From the NCBI RefSeq assembly GCF_030144855.1, contig NC_082717.1, forward strand, positions 4,092,001 through 4,156,000: DNA of 64,000 bases, given 5' to 3'. Numbering within the stretch: the first letter of the stretch is position 1; each line of letters opens with the position of its first letter. The translations under genes and the position numbers were made by a program. Source of the stretch: Hypanus sabinus (lineage: Eukaryota). Under the pieces are notes generated by a model. It made no database searches. It was not told the DNA's origin and saw only the letters and a list, made by a program, of their open reading frames with translations. Shown here piece by piece: positions 62,690 to 64,000 of the stretch.

Positions 62690-63600
62690 ACTTAGCCAGC
62701 AAAACTAAGGGTTCAGTCATGTAATTTGCTGAAACTGGCGACACAGATTGATAGATCAGTGAAGAGAGCGTTTGGCATGTTTGTCTTCATCAGTCAGTGC
62801 TTTGAGTGCAAGAGTTGGAATGCCATGCAACAAGATGCTGGGGAGACCACCCTTGGAATATTTTGCACAAGTTTGCTTATCACGTAATAATGATGTCATT
62901 ATACGGAGTTTGAACAGAGGCCAATCAGAGTTTGCTGGTGAAAGTAAAGATGACTTCACACAGGTTGAGGAGTGAGCTTTAATAATCATTGGTTTGTTGC
63001 CAGTTTCTGGAAATTTGAACAGTGGCAAGATGAAATGAAAATAAATCAGGGCAAGTGGAATACCCATTTTTAGAGTGGGGATACTTTTGGCTTTGGCTCA
63101 ACGAGCTTGGGCAATAAAACACATGGTATCTGTTAAGCTTTCTCTTGCTCATTCTTTATCTGTTAGTGTCACTTGGAGTCTTGTGAGCATATTGGATACA
63201 TTATTTACAAAAGGATGTGCTGACATTGGAGAGGGCTTAGAGGAGGTTCATGAGAAAGATTACAGGAATGAAACGGTTAACATATGAGCAACAGATGAAG
63301 GCTCTGGGCCTGTACTCACTGGAATTTAGAAGAATGATGGGAGGATCTCACTGAAACCCATCCAATGTTGAAAGGCCGAGTTCGACTGGATGGGAAGAGG
63401 ATGCTTCCTATGGTGAGGGAGTCTAGGACCAGAGGGCACAGCCTTCATTTAGAGTTACGTCTATTTACAGCAGAGATGAAGAGGAATTCCTGTAGCCAGA
63501 GGATGGTGGATCTGTGGAAATTATTGCCACAGGAGGCTGTGGAGGGCAGGTCACCAAGGCATTTAAGGTGGAGGTCTGGATATGTTGAGCTGTCTGTCTC
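62690..63600 (+). mobile_element. Decayed CR1 3' fragments
   Basis: Remnants such as RMLPMVRESRTRGHSL and QRMVDLWKLLPQEAVE. Confidence 0.7.
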
Positions 63601-64000
63601 TGGAATGAAAGACTCTGATGTGACCGTAGAGGTGTCTAAAATCATGGGGGGTCTCGATCATCACTTTCTGCTGTTTGTGTAATTTGTTCTTTATCACACC
63701 ATTGGGTGTTTGATGTTTTCTTGAACGGGTTCCATGGTGTTTCGCTGTTTAGTGACTGTCTGTGGGAGGATGAATCCCTGAGTTGTATTCTGTATACATA
63801 CTTTGATAATAAATGTACTTTGAATCTTTGATATGGTGGGTGGTCAGAGTCCTTTTCCCAGGGGAGTGCAGTCTAAACTAGGAGGTGTAGGTTTAAGATG
63901 AGGTGGAGGATTGAATTTCGATCAGAGGGGCATGTTTTCCACATGGAGGGTGGTTTGTACATGGCAGAGGGAGTGATAGAGGGAATACAATTGCAACATT

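Overview
Eukaryotic DNA, most likely a cartilaginous fish (ray or shark; inferred from the repeat families, not proven). Most of the window is decayed, nested retroelements: many CR1 LINE fragments, L2/Rex-like and RTE LINEs, a Penelope element with a hammerhead ribozyme core, a fragmented Gypsy carrying three further insertions, a 5-kb pol-less Gmr1-type Gypsy with both LTRs, several solo LTRs and four minisatellite or satellite arrays. The long ORFs at 3.7-6.4, 11.6-12.4, 17.0-17.9 and 48.2-49.7 kb are artefacts of these arrays. Hidden between the repeats, and missed by the ORF track, are pieces of an immunoglobulin-superfamily receptor cluster. Two divergently oriented signal-peptide exons (678-726 minus, 48100-48151 plus) share a 16-bp upstream motif at nearly the same distance from the ATG. 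A frameshifted single-exon V domain with a pre-joined J-like segment and no RSS lies at about 60214-60527. Repeat boundaries are approximate unless a target-site duplication (TSD) is quoted.
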